A DNA stretch of 64,000 bases, taken from positions 352,001 through 416,000 of the forward strand of contig CBDATR010000024.1 in assembly GCA_965200155.1 (NCBI GenBank), given 5' to 3'. The notes under the pieces were generated by a model. The model did no database searches, was not told the DNA's origin, and worked only from the letters and a program-made list of their open reading frames with translations. Of the stretch, positions 27,996 through 38,842 are shown piece after piece. A program made the position numbers and the translations under genes. Origin of the DNA: Nitrosopumilaceae archaeon. Its GTDB lineage: Archaea > Thermoproteota > Nitrososphaeria > Nitrososphaerales > Nitrosopumilaceae. Numbering within the stretch: position 1 is the first letter of the stretch; the number at the start of each line of letters is the position of its first letter.

Positions 27996-29297
27996 TCAAT
28001 ACAATGAGAACCACTGTATACTGTTATCAAATGATATCCGGTTAAAGCGTCCCGCCCTTTGTGCAGGACGGCTGAGATGACGCTGTGCAGATATTTTGGG
28101 AAGGTACTGACACACATGTACGAGGCGCCTCATGGACACAGGTATACGATACGGAAATTGGTTCCCGCACCGGACGCATTCATAACCCTGGCTCCGGCCC
28201 TGCGACTTCATGCTCTTGTTGCATATACCACATCTCGGATTATGATACGATACTGATGCAGCCAGGCGCATTACCTGTAGTATCTCCACGCTTAGTGTAT
28301 CGGGATGATTCCCGTGGCCAGGCCGGACTCCACCTCCCACCATAACCTCATCTCCGGGTGCAAGTTTTGTCGCCACGCCAGATAGTCCCGTCGGCCGGTA
28401 TACCCAACACACTACATCACGATACCCGGCAGATATGCTAAACCACACGTGGCCACCGGCTGTCACTACACCAGGCTGCCGTACAATACCGCGTACCATC
28501 CCGGAAGCATGCGGCCTAAATGTTATCTTGTTCAAGATGTGATTCAGGTGCTCACCGGTCCCCTGATTCGTGCGAAATATCATGTGTCCGTGTAGCGGCT
28601 CATCATATGCAAGCATGCAGGCAGCCTGCCGCACCATGCCTGGACTCTCACCCCGCAGGCCATAGAACACAGGATCCGGGCCCCGGGGCATCATCAGTAC
28701 GCGAGAAGTATCAGTATCATAACTAGCAAAAGTCTGAGGGTATGTATCATCCTGCATGTTCATGACACTTGTAGCATCCATACTACGGGGCGTACCCAAT
28801 GCATCATCACGGCGATAAGTGATCAACTCTGCGGTAGAGTCACCAAACGTGTGCCCCACCGCAGCCATGGCACCCACCACTCCCTGACCATTTCCTATCT
28901 GCACGGTATGAACATGGCTGTTCCGGGCCACCCGCAAGGCATCATTCACATCTACCACATTCCACAGGGCATTGCGTCCCAGCGACACCATATCACGGGG
29001 CACGTCATGCCCCTCAAGAAATACTATGCCAGGATTGGCATCATTCATGGAATGACGCGTCACCATGTCTGTTACATACTGTTGTACAGCTACTGGATCC
29101 TGCGTCTCCACATGCAGTGATACAGCACCATTTCCCCTGGTCTTCCAGGGTATGTTTGGGTTAAGGCGCACAAGTCCAGGATACTGCAGGAATGTGACTC
29201 CGCGCCGCCGTAGTCCGCCAGCTATGAGGTACGCCAAGTATGTAGTGCACATACCATGTACAGAGTCGGTATCATCCATTCCTATGCGCAGCTCCAT
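27996..29297 (-). CDS. tiaS: tRNA(Ile2) 2-agmatinylcytidine synthetase TiaS
   Basis: IGMDDTDS..GMCTT, LVRLNPNIPWKTRGNGA, GPDPVFYGLRG, TNQGT, C-terminal Zn ribbon. Confidence 0.96.
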   Translation of the reverse strand: MELRIGMDDTDSVHGMCTTYLAYLIAGGLRRRGVTFLQYPGLVRLNPNIPWKTRGNGAVSLHVETQDPVAVQQYVTDMVTRHSMNDANPGIVFLEGHDVPRDMVSLGRNALWNVVDVNDALRVARNSHVHTVQIGNGQGVVGAMAAVGHTFGDSTAELITYRRDDALGTPRSMDATSVMNMQDDTYPQTFASYDTDTSRVLMMPRGPDPVFYGLRGESPGMVRQAACMLAYDEPLHGHMIFRTNQGTGEHLNHILNKITFRPHASGMVRGIVRQPGVVTAGGHVWFSISAGYRDVVCWVYRPTGLSGVATKLAPGDEVMVGGGVRPGHGNHPDTLSVEILQVMRLAASVSYHNPRCGICNKSMKSQGRSQGYECVRCGNQFPYRIPVSMRRLVHVCQYLPKISAQRHLSRPAQRAGRFNRISFDNSIQWFSLY

Positions 29298-29347
29298 TAT
29301 AACACGCCAAAGTTTGGTTTAAATTAAAAATTAGCCTCAACTGCCAT

Positions 29348-30337
29348 GTGATAATTATAGACTACGAACGTATACGCCGAGAGATATTAGTGACACGACC
29401 GGCATCAGTATCACTCAATGGACCGGAAGGGATGCTACCACAGGTGCAACAGGCAGCCGTATCCATAACCAAGGAGTTTGGCATACCCGCATATGTAATA
29501 GCCGACACTACATGGGGAAGCTGTGATCTAAATCACAACGGATCCCGTACGTTGGGGGCAGGCATCCACTTTAACATAGGACACACCATATCTGCCGACA
29601 CCTTGGAGGGTACAGTCATGGTTGATGCGTATGATGACGTACTGTTTGACAAGGTGGCCACAAAGTGCGCCGGAATGATACGGGGTACCGCGGGTATACT
29701 GACAGATAGTCAGCACCTCAAACAGATGGATGTGGTGCGAAGCATACTGGAAAAGCACGGGATCAGTACGGTTATCGGGAACGGTGTAGGACAGCTTAAT
29801 CACGGACAGGTCTTTGGTTGTGAGTTCTATCCGGCCACGTCCATAAAGGATAGTGTGGACTCGTATGTCTTTCTGGGCCAGAGCAACTTTCACGCCGCGG
29901 GTATAGCGCTGGCAACAGGAAAACCCACTTACGTATTGGATCCCTACTTTAACGAGGTCCGGGAAATATCTGAGTTTGCAGCCAAACTGCGGCGCCGGGC
30001 CACATTGGCCATATACAAGGCCGCCGAGGCTCAACGATTTGGTATAATAATAGGGCTCAAGGAGGGCCAGCTCTCCAAGGTAACAGGACTGCGCATAAGA
30101 AGGGAGCTGGACGCCTTGGGAAAGTATACGGAGCTATTCGCGCTAACAGACATAACCAATGAGCGTCTGCGGAACATACGAGACATGGATGTCTTCATAC
30201 AGGTAGCCTGTCCGCGCATATCGACGGACAACAAATTTGACATGCCTGTCCTCTCCACACCCCAGGCTAATGCGCTACTGCAACTGCTAAAGGGCAATGA
30301 CATTGGCAAATACCTGCAGATACCACATTGGTTGTAA
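29348..30337 (+). CDS. dph2: Diphthamide biosynthesis radical-SAM enzyme Dph2
   Basis: WGSCDL, GQVFGC, QVACPRI cysteine motifs. Confidence 0.95.
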   Translation: MIIIDYERIRREILVTRPASVSLNGPEGMLPQVQQAAVSITKEFGIPAYVIADTTWGSCDLNHNGSRTLGAGIHFNIGHTISADTLEGTVMVDAYDDVLFDKVATKCAGMIRGTAGILTDSQHLKQMDVVRSILEKHGISTVIGNGVGQLNHGQVFGCEFYPATSIKDSVDSYVFLGQSNFHAAGIALATGKPTYVLDPYFNEVREISEFAAKLRRRATLAIYKAAEAQRFGIIIGLKEGQLSKVTGLRIRRELDALGKYTELFALTDITNERLRNIRDMDVFIQVACPRISTDNKFDMPVLSTPQANALLQLLKGNDIGKYLQIPHWL

Positions 30338-30339
30338 AG

Positions 30340-30506
30340 CGTTACTGGAAACCTGCCACGCCGGAGTGGCATTATCAAGGGGACTCGTTTGTCATACCCA
30401 AATATTAGCCATATACCGGTACAGGGAAACTGATACGAGACCGTTATCAAGAACGGTCTGTTTTTGGAGCTGACCAAGTGGTACCGTGACCATGAGCAGT
30501 TGCGCG
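30340..30506 (+). pseudogene. tnpB: Second TnpB N-terminal fragment
   Basis: caagaacggtctgtttttggagctgaccaagtgg (KNGLFLELTKWYRDHE) is homologous to KNGLFLELIKWRRDLE of the remnant at about 24720-24765; cut off by the MITE at 30507. Confidence 0.65.
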
Positions 30507-30598
30507 GTATGAGTTCACGTCTTCCGGAATCTTGTGCACAAATCACATTAACTGTCGCGATCAGTTGTGCGTAAATTTAGACACAGGTGAACTCATAC
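30507..30598 (-). mobile_element. 92-bp MITE, family 1
   Basis: Reverse orientation; no target duplication, different elements on each side. Confidence 0.95.
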
Positions 30599-30600
30599 AG

Positions 30601-30663
30601 GCAGGAATGGGTATGTTAGCGGTGTATTTTAAGCGGTTGCACAGGGGTGATCTAAACGGTTAC
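30601..30663. mobile_element. Half of an IS66-end-derived MITE
   Basis: gcaggaatgggtatgttagcggtgtatttt...ctaaacggttac matches the reverse complement of 53260-53320. Confidence 0.7.
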
Positions 30664-30916
30664 ATCTAGAATGTAACTACCTGTATGATAGCATGGAGAA
30701 AGCGCGGACTCAACACAGATGCTGCCCATACCGGGGGCAAGGTAGACGGCTATCACAAGAACAATCGAAGCAACGCACTTTTCTTAGCTTGGAGTTCCTA
30801 AACGGTTACGATCCTCAAAGTACGTCTCCATATTGTGCAGACTGCGATAGAATTACGACACATCAAGGGACATGAAGAAAAGTATGAACCAAATACGCCA
30901 AGTGTCTACTGTCTCT

Positions 30917-31164
30917 GCTTGAAGTGGTATGAATGGTTCCTGCTCCCTCTCAATCTCCTCTACGGTATCGTGGCTGCGTATGGTCACCAGCTTGAAGTGA
31001 CATGAATGGTTCCTGCTCCCTCTCAATCTCCTCTACGGTATCGTGGCTGCGTATGGTCACCAGCTTGAAGTGACATGAATGGTTCCTGCTCCCTCTCAAT
31101 CTCCTCTACGGTATCGTGGCTGCGTATGGTCACCAGCTTGAAGTGACATGAATGGTTCCTGCTC
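30917..31164. repeat. 73-bp tandem repeat, about 3.4 copies
   Basis: atgaatggttcctgctc starts at 30929, 31002, 31075, 31148; units essentially identical; ends at the IS481-like element. Confidence 0.95.
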
Positions 31165-32097
31165 TCAATAGTACGAAAAGTAAGTCCGCTTAGGATCCGG
31201 CGTACAGTAGTTCAGATTGCACAAGCCATATGGTAAAGAGAATAACAGAGGAATCACGACAAAAGAGGCGTTGCCGCCACCAAAATAGCTCAAGACCTGA
31301 AACAAGACACGTACGAAGATTGTGAACCAGAGAACGGGAACGACTCGAGTAAAGAGGGGCAGGCCCATGATACCAATCACCGCCACCCAGATACGAATGG
31401 TGACTGAAGCATATCACAAGGATCCCGCCGGAGTAGTACGTATTGCAAAGAGACTTAGACAGAATTACAATATATCGCGCAGTATATCGCATAATTAAAA
31501 AGAACGGTACGGCAGGATCATCACCTGCAAAGTCAGAGTGGGTACGCTATGAGCGTAAATATTCCAATGCAATGTGGCACTGGCATGTCATGAAAGATGA
31601 GCGCTTCAGGGGACTGAATCTCATAGATGATGCATCCAGGTGTATAGTCGGAGCGGCACTATTTTAGCATGCAACCTCAGAGAACGCCACTCTATTACTG
31701 AGATTGGCTATAGAACGATTCGGCGCCCCTGCATCTCGGATAACGGCGCGTGTTTCGTAGGACAATAAAAGGGCAAGAAAAGCTGGAAACCCACTATTCT
31801 AGGAAGAACTGCTGAATCAAGACATCATACTAATCAATTCCAGGTCATACCATCCACAGACAAATGGCAAACTGGAGCGCTTCCATGGAATGATTGAGGA
31901 CGAGATATGGCATTATGACAGTCTCCGGGATTATGTTGACTACTACAATGAGAGAAGGTTGTACTTCTCACTGGATATAGATAACGGCGAAACATCGCTT
32001 CAGGAATAAAAAGGCGACCCAGACAATTAGGGCAAATGATGCAAAATGGATGGAGCGGGATGCCAATGACTAGCGGACCGACTTTTCATACATTACA
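31165..32097 (+). mobile_element. IS481-family non-autonomous derivative, copy 1
   Basis: Imperfect TIR (tcaatagtacgaaaagtaagtccgct / tgtaatgtatgaaaagtcggtccgct); broken integrase-core ORF (RYERKYSN, DDASR, SDNG, HPQTNGKLERFH, YYNERR). Confidence 0.85.
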
Positions 32098-32149
32098 ATG
32101 GTGGGCGCTATACAACAACTCTTATTTACTTTTATTGGACTGTTGACTT

Positions 32150-33562
32150 ATGGAAGAGTTTGACAGCCTGCTCCAACGACTGCTAGATTCCAGTCCGGAC
32201 CTGGATCGCGAAGATATAATGACTCGGATAAAGGAGAAGAAGCACAAGATTGGTGCCGGATACCTGACGGATCAGGGTGCTCTGTTCTTGGTGGCATCAG
32301 ATTTGGGCATACAAATCAGCGAACCACTGTCTAACCAGATAAGCCTGAAAGAACTCTACGCCGGGGCCAAGGATGTAACCCTCGATGCCCGTGTCATGAC
32401 AATCTCCCCGCCTCAGCAATACTCCCGCAGGGATGGCACGAATCATTATCGCCGTACCATGCTCATATATGATGCAGATACAGCATGTCAGGTAAGCATA
32501 TGGGATGATCACGCAAAAGATGACATACTAGATCAGTTGGCTCCTGGTGATACAATAAAGATTACCGGCGCATACATAAAATCTGACATAAGGGGTGACT
32601 GCGTAGTGAACTTGGGCGAGGGCTCGGAGGTATCTGCCGGTTCCGAGATGCCTAGCATTCCCGGTATTGATAAAATTGCCAAGGATGCAGAAGATTTGGA
32701 GGAGACCGACAGGAATGTTGTGATAACGGGTCTCTTGGATGGAATGATTACTACCATGAACTTTACCAGAAAAAGCGGACAGCCCTCTTCTGCACTAAGG
32801 ATGAGGCTGAAAGGCAGGAATGGCTCCAATTACCGGGTTGTGATATGGGGCCAGAATGACTCTGATATTCCCAAGATGATACCAGTCAATGCATCAGTCA
32901 AGCTTATCGGGGTACATGCACGAAAAACCAACTCAGGTCTGGAGATACATGGATCTGAGGCAACCATGGTGGATGTGGCAAGCCATGATTCACAGTCGCC
33001 GCTGGTTTTGCGCGTTTTATCCCTGTCTCAGGGTGATCGTGGCAGCGGAATGATACTGTGCGTAAACAAGGACAAGACCCTCTACTTTGTAACGGACGAG
33101 TCAGACCATCACAAGGCATGTAGGGAAGACGGTGTAGTGGAGCTTGTTCCCACAAAGACATTTGGCCAGTACGTCATTTTAGGTGGGGATTCCTACCTTA
33201 TTCCAGCCGATGATGACGGATCAATTCCGCGCCGAAACCAGCTCAGGACGCGTCTCGCGGACACCGACATAGGTGGAAGTTACTGCATAGAGGTGGTGGT
33301 TCTGCAGGATCCGGAGATTCGGGATATCCAGACCAGATCCGGCGAGTCCATTCAGCTATTGGAGATGCATGTAGGTGATGACACTGACCAGATGTGGTTG
33401 AAAGGATGGAGGACACAGGCGCGACTAGCTAGCAATTGCAAGGTGGGTGATAGGCTGTCTATAACCGGACTGAACGCGCGGCAGGGTTTGGAGGGTCGCA
33501 TTGACTTGGTGCTTTCGGCATATTCCTCAATAAACCCAATCACTGACTCCAAAACTTCCTAG
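32150..33562 (+). CDS. rpa: Replication protein A / multi-OB-fold ssDNA-binding protein
   Basis: GAGYLTDQGALFLVASDLG N-terminus; several OB folds (VGDDTDQMWLKGWR). Confidence 0.88.
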   Translation: MEEFDSLLQRLLDSSPDLDREDIMTRIKEKKHKIGAGYLTDQGALFLVASDLGIQISEPLSNQISLKELYAGAKDVTLDARVMTISPPQQYSRRDGTNHYRRTMLIYDADTACQVSIWDDHAKDDILDQLAPGDTIKITGAYIKSDIRGDCVVNLGEGSEVSAGSEMPSIPGIDKIAKDAEDLEETDRNVVITGLLDGMITTMNFTRKSGQPSSALRMRLKGRNGSNYRVVIWGQNDSDIPKMIPVNASVKLIGVHARKTNSGLEIHGSEATMVDVASHDSQSPLVLRVLSLSQGDRGSGMILCVNKDKTLYFVTDESDHHKACREDGVVELVPTKTFGQYVILGGDSYLIPADDDGSIPRRNQLRTRLADTDIGGSYCIEVVVLQDPEIRDIQTRSGESIQLLEMHVGDDTDQMWLKGWRTQARLASNCKVGDRLSITGLNARQGLEGRIDLVLSAYSSINPITDSKTS

Positions 33563-36233
33563 TCAGCACATACTGTCGCTCAGCCTCGTATATCTGCTGT
33601 AGTGTGTACTTTTGGTCTACCATGTTTCGCAGTATGCGCGCCCCGGTATCGGCACCTACTCCATACCCCGAGAGTACCAGCAGGGCAGTTGCACCAAACG
33701 TCTCTATGAGTGAGGATACCTTCCATGCCCTCTTGTATGCATGGCTCTCCTGCGCGCTGAGTCTTTGCCCCGCATACTTTTTTGATATTATCTTTGGCAG
33801 TTCATGATCTGAGTAAAAAGTGGCCGTGACCTGCCGGGCCTTGCAGTATGGGCAGGGTTGTATGGTCTTGACTTCCCGGGTTTCCATTACTCTCTGCCAC
33901 TTCCCGCATCTGGCGCAGACAAGGCGGTGCTTGGTCTTTTGCAGTCTCTCATACACTATGCCAAGTAGCTCTGGGTCTATCTGTGTTGATTGGTATTTTT
34001 TCGTTGTATGATCCAGTATGGGTTGGGCCAGCGATGATAATGTATCCATGTCCCTCCATTCCAGGGGAATGGCGCCATCCCTTATGCGCTCCAGCACAAG
34101 GCCGGTTCCCTCTATGTCATATTTGCCATGAAAGAGATCACGCAGGGCCTCCTGGACAATGGGTGTGCCCTTGTACCTCTCATACATGAATCGTGACCTT
34201 TTGCGGTCGTACACCTCATCCTTGCTTAATACGCCAAACTTTTTGCATGCCTGCCACACCCGCCAGTTGACGTTATGGGTGCCTGCCACCGATGCTATTA
34301 CAACCTCGCGCAAGTCATACTGATCCTGCAGTGCCTCGTATACGGCCGCCTGTGTTATTCTGCCCGGCGAGGTCAGGGCGATCCTGTATGCATCCGAGCG
34401 GGAGCGCACCACGCTGCCACGGGCAGCAGATATTATGGATGAAAGCAGGGCTGCCAGTGTAGCATTTATGCGTGTACCCATGCAGGAGTGTATTACGACC
34501 AGTCCCTTGGATCTTGTAGCCTCAATGATTATGGATACTGCCTGTATCTGGGCGGGTGGTCCCAGGGAGCGGCGCTCCTCCATGGTTCCCACTATGGCAG
34601 CGGTCTCCATATCAACTGACAGACTCTCACCCTCCCAATACGGTATGGCTATGTCTTGGCTTCTAGCTGGCTCCACATTAACCTGGAGTGCCTTCTCGTC
34701 TACGTCTACTATCCTCCACTGGGAACCGCGCAGTATGAATACACTACCTGCCTCCCCATTATCTCCTACAAAGCGCTGATCCAGACTGCCGATTGGGCGC
34801 TTGGCCGCCGTATCAAATACGCGAAACTTGAGAATGTCGGGGATAGTGGTCAAATTCTCCAAATGATACATGAAGGCCCGCCTCCCCAGCGTATATGTGG
34901 CACTGTCACGATCAAACACCACTATTCGCCGGGCGTCCAACACATCTAGCACATCATACAGGTCTTTCTCTGTAATGAGACGATATGGATATGCCTCGGT
35001 TACCGTGCTCAGGACCTGCTGCAGGGTCAGTGGCCCGCCAGTCTGGTACAGTAACCCTACCATGTGATGGGCCATTACGTCCAGGGGGGCGCAGTGCACT
35101 CTTTGGCTCTCAATACTGCCTTCCTGTACCCTTTTGATGATTGCGCGGGCCTCGTACATGTCGTCTTGGTGGTTTGCGACAATGAGTCCATGCGCAGATC
35201 TATGCCCGTGGTGCCTGCTCCGTCCTATGCGCTGTACAAGTTTTGAGACCTGCCGGGGCGATCCATAGTGTATTACAAGTTCCACATCACCAATGTCCAG
35301 GCCCAGCTCTAGCGAGGAAGTGCATACAACCATTCTCTCCCCTCCCTTTCGCAGGACTTCCTCTGTGTCCTGGCGAACCTGCTTTGAGAGGGATCCATGA
35401 TGCATGTCAACGGGGATGGCTGTTCTCTCCCTAAGAGTGGCTGCCAAAAGCTCCGCCTCACCCCTAGTATTGGTAAAGAGCAATACTGGCGACTTTATGT
35501 TACACTTTGTAATGTGCGCCACTATGGCATCGGACACATTTGTAATCTCCCCTTCCGCAAGAACAATCTCCACATTATACTCTCGCAGGGTTCTGTCCCT
35601 CACTATGCGGCACCGGCGATGCGTTCCGGCAACAAACTTTGCCGCCTGTTTGGTATTACCCAAAGTGGCTGACAGGCCTATCCTAGTTAGCGGATATGTC
35701 GTATTCTTCTGTAGTCGTTCCAGGGTTATGCTAAGCTGGGATCCCCGCTTGTTGGGCACTATCTCGTGGACCTCGTCTATAATGACCCATTTCAGTTTGG
35801 AGAGGGCTGAGAGCATCTTGGGCTGAGATAGCAATACAACGGCGGTCTCTGGGGTTGTAATCAGTATGTCCGGTGGCGACTTGGCTATTTGCTGCCTTTC
35901 CCTGGCTGTTGTGTCCCCGTGCCTCACCTTTATCTCTAGATTGTTATTCTCTGCATACTGCGTAATGCGCCTGAATATGTCCCGGTTAAGGGCGCGCAGC
36001 GGTGTTATGTAGAGACAGCGTATGTGGCCAGGCGCGCGGTCATGACTTATGCTGTGAAATACGGGAATCACGGCACACTCAGTCTTGCCGGAGCCGGTTG
36101 GCGCCACAATCACGGAGTCTTTCTTTTGTAGTATTTGCGGTGTCGCCATGTACTGTATCTGGGTTGGCCTGGCAAAACCCATGGATGCGAAGATATCTTT
36201 TACCTTACTGGTTATTCTTGTGTGCTCTTTCAT
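33540..36233 (-). CDS. lhr: Lhr-like DEAD/DEAH-box helicase with C-terminal Zn finger
   Basis: APTGSGKT, PLRALNRD, IIDEVHE, GLSAT, HHGSLS, TSSLELGLDIG, QRIGRS. Confidence 0.95.
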   Translation of the reverse strand: MKEHTRITSKVKDIFASMGFARPTQIQYMATPQILQKKDSVIVAPTGSGKTECAVIPVFHSISHDRAPGHIRCLYITPLRALNRDIFRRITQYAENNNLEIKVRHGDTTARERQQIAKSPPDILITTPETAVVLLSQPKMLSALSKLKWVIIDEVHEIVPNKRGSQLSITLERLQKNTTYPLTRIGLSATLGNTKQAAKFVAGTHRRCRIVRDRTLREYNVEIVLAEGEITNVSDAIVAHITKCNIKSPVLLFTNTRGEAELLAATLRERTAIPVDMHHGSLSKQVRQDTEEVLRKGGERMVVCTSSLELGLDIGDVELVIHYGSPRQVSKLVQRIGRSRHHGHRSAHGLIVANHQDDMYEARAIIKRVQEGSIESQRVHCAPLDVMAHHMVGLLYQTGGPLTLQQVLSTVTEAYPYRLITEKDLYDVLDVLDARRIVVFDRDSATYTLGRRAFMYHLENLTTIPDILKFRVFDTAAKRPIGSLDQRFVGDNGEAGSVFILRGSQWRIVDVDEKALQVNVEPARSQDIAIPYWEGESLSVDMETAAIVGTMEERRSLGPPAQIQAVSIIIEATRSKGLVVIHSCMGTRINATLAALLSSIISAARGSVVRSRSDAYRIALTSPGRITQAAVYEALQDQYDLREVVIASVAGTHNVNWRVWQACKKFGVLSKDEVYDRKRSRFMYERYKGTPIVQEALRDLFHGKYDIEGTGLVLERIRDGAIPLEWRDMDTLSSLAQPILDHTTKKYQSTQIDPELLGIVYERLQKTKHRLVCARCGKWQRVMETREVKTIQPCPYCKARQVTATFYSDHELPKIISKKYAGQRLSAQESHAYKRAWKVSSLIETFGATALLVLSGYGVGADTGARILRNMVDQKYTLQQIYEAERQYVLTRKFWSQ

Positions 36234-36355
36234 AGAATAATGCGCCCGCTATGCCAATAACAAAGAGGACTGGCACTATTATTGGTATTGCGTCGTACAA
36301 TTGTGTGTAATGCTTGCTTGTAATGAATAAATACATTTTGAGAGTCCAGTATTAT

Positions 36356-37313
36356 TGTAATGTATGAAAAGTCGGTCCGCTAGTCATTGGCATCCCGCTC
36401 CATCCATTTTGCATCATTTGCCCTAATTGTCTGGGTCGCCTTTTTGTTCCTGAAGTGGCGTTTCGCCGTTATCTATATCCAGTGAGAAGTGCAACCTTCT
36501 CTCATTGTAGTAGTCAACATAATCCCGGAGACTGTCATAATGCCATATCTCGTTGGACTCTTAAATAGGAGTCCCCTCGTCCTCAATCATTCCATGGAAG
36601 CGCTCCAGTTTGCCATTTGTCTGCGGGGGGTATGGTCTGGAATTGATTAGTATGATGTCTTGATCCAGCAGTTCTTCCTAGAATAGTGGGTTTCCAGCTT
36701 TTCTTGCCCTTTTATTGTCCTACGAAACACGCGCCGTTATCCGAGATGCAGGGGCGCCGAATCGTTCTATAGCCAATCTCATTAATAGAGTGGCGTTCTC
36801 TGAGGTTGCATGCTCAAATAGTGCCGCTCCGACTATACACCTGGATGCATCATCTATGAGATTCAGTCCCCCTGAAGCGCTCATCTTTTCATGACATGCC
36901 AGTGCCACATTGCATTGGAATATTTACGCTCATAGCGTACCCACTCTGACTTTGCAGGTGATGATCCTGCCGTACCGTTCTTTTTCATTATGTGATATAC
37001 TGCGCGATATGTATTATGTCTCAGTCTCTTTGCAATATGTACTACTCCTGCGGGATCCTTGCTGTATGCTTCAGTCACCATTCGTATCTGGGTGGCGGTG
37101 ATTGGTATCATGGGCCTGCCCCTCTTTACTCGAGTCGTTCCCGTTCTCTGGTTCACAATCTTCGTACGTGTCTTGTTTCAGGTCTTGAGATATATTGGTT
37201 GCGGCAACGCCTCTTTTGTCGTGATTCCTCTGTTATTCTCTTTACCATATGGCTTGTGCAATCTGAACTACTGTACGCCGGATCCTAAGCGGACTTACTT
37301 TTCGTACTATTGA
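36356..37313 (-). mobile_element. IS481-family non-autonomous derivative, copy 2
   Basis: Reverse-complement copy of 31165-32097; carries a 22-bp hairpin insertion. Confidence 0.85.
36554..36575 (+). mobile_element. 22-bp hairpin micro-element with 5-bp target duplication
   Basis: ctcgt-[tggactcttaaataggagtccc]-ctcgt; copies 1 and 3 of the host IS show the empty site with one ctcgt. Confidence 0.85.
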
Positions 37314-37366
37314 ACGCCATGAGTGTGGCACAAATTATATACAAACGAAAAAATCCAGACAATCTA

Positions 37367-38833
37367 ATGTATCGGGGCAGGCTCTCAGAGGAATTAAATC
37401 ATGATGCCAAAGAGTATGTATCATCCACAGAGTCCGATAAAAAAATACAGATTCATGACATACAGGGAACCCGGGTGCACGTACTCATGTTATACAAGAT
37501 AGGCATGATGCCAAAGAAGGATGCCGTAAACATACTGTCTGTACTGAGTGAGGCGAATACAACACAAGGCATTTCAGAGAAGGAATACAATGACGCGGAA
37601 GATGGACACGAACTTTTAGAGGCATATGTAGCTAGGCAGGCAGGCGAGTCTGGCGGCAGTATGCATGCAGGTCGCTCCAGAAATGACCAAGTAGCCTTGG
37701 CAATAAGACTGAAACTGCGTGCAGACACCATAATCATACAGAGAGGCATACTGGCCCTAGCTGAGGTACTGTTAAGACAAGCGGAGTCCAATACAGGTAC
37801 GCGCGTCCCGCTATACACACACCTGCAGCACGCCCAGCCAGGTCTTTTGTCACATTATATGATAGCATATATGGACGCACTTCTGCGAGACTACCACAGG
37901 TTCCAGGACATGTACGCGCGAATAAATGCCAGTCCACTGGGGGCAGGCCCGGTGGCTGGGAGTAGCTTGCCCATAGACAGGCTGCTTACCGCTGAGATGC
38001 TGGCCTTTCCTAGCATAGTGGAGAACTCCCTTGATGCCACCGGTACCCGAGACGGTATTTCAGAATTTGTCTCTTGTGTGGCCTTAATGATGGTTAATCT
38101 AAGCAGGATGGCCGAGGATTTTGTTTTGTGGTCCAGTGATGAGTTCTCGTTTATAGAATTGGGAGATGATGTGTCCTCACCGTCTAGCGCCATGCCACAG
38201 AAAAAGAATCCCGATGTCATGGAGTTGACACGGGGAAAAGCCGCGCGAGCAATAGGGGACTTAACCTCAGTTTTGGCCATACAAAAGGGCCTAGCATCAG
38301 GGTATGGCAGGGATCTTCAGGAGACAAAGGAGCCAGCATGGTCATCCTCAAGCAATGCACAAGGAGCGCTTAGTGTTATGATGCAAGTAATAGAGGGTAT
38401 GAAGATAAACCGGAACCGGATGGGCAAGTCTGCGCATAGTAATTCACTGCTGGCGCTGGGCATAGCAGAAGAACTTGTGCGCCGGGGCGTATCTTTCCGT
38501 GATGCACACAGGGTAGTTGGAGCCCTTGTACAAAAGGCGCACGCCATGAATAAACGGTTGGGAGATATGAACAAAGACGAGATAGAGGAGGCGTGTGATC
38601 TGGATGCTGCCATTGTGCTGGACGCAATATTGCATTGCGTGAAAAGCGACGTAGTATCATACACCAGCATAGGCTCCGCGTCCGTGGAACAGCAGCATCA
38701 CATGATAAAACATCGCAGAATAGTTCTTGCACGCCTCTGTGAGATGCTAGAGCAACAACAAACAAGTATCAGCCAAGGCATGTCAAAAACTGACAAAGAG
38801 ATAGAGGCACTGCTGTCCCAGCCCGCCGAGTAG
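37367..38833 (+). CDS. argH: Argininosuccinate lyase
   Basis: HAGRSRNDQV, YTHLQHAQP, SSAMPQKKNPD, YGRDLQE; start placed at MYRGRL, with TATA-like ttatat about 30 bp upstream. Confidence 0.96.
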   Translation: MYRGRLSEELNHDAKEYVSSTESDKKIQIHDIQGTRVHVLMLYKIGMMPKKDAVNILSVLSEANTTQGISEKEYNDAEDGHELLEAYVARQAGESGGSMHAGRSRNDQVALAIRLKLRADTIIIQRGILALAEVLLRQAESNTGTRVPLYTHLQHAQPGLLSHYMIAYMDALLRDYHRFQDMYARINASPLGAGPVAGSSLPIDRLLTAEMLAFPSIVENSLDATGTRDGISEFVSCVALMMVNLSRMAEDFVLWSSDEFSFIELGDDVSSPSSAMPQKKNPDVMELTRGKAARAIGDLTSVLAIQKGLASGYGRDLQETKEPAWSSSSNAQGALSVMMQVIEGMKINRNRMGKSAHSNSLLALGIAEELVRRGVSFRDAHRVVGALVQKAHAMNKRLGDMNKDEIEEACDLDAAIVLDAILHCVKSDVVSYTSIGSASVEQQHHMIKHRRIVLARLCEMLEQQQTSISQGMSKTDKEIEALLSQPAE

Positions 38834-38842
38834 ACATTCCCA

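Noticed and set aside
30917-31164. CRISPR array (73-bp period fits repeat plus spacer)
   Set aside because: Whole units are identical, with no variable spacer, leader or cas gene nearby.
37310-37366. IS481 end providing the argH start
   Set aside because: A better start (MYRGRL, 37367) with its own TATA-like box lies downstream, so the IS does not contribute coding sequence.
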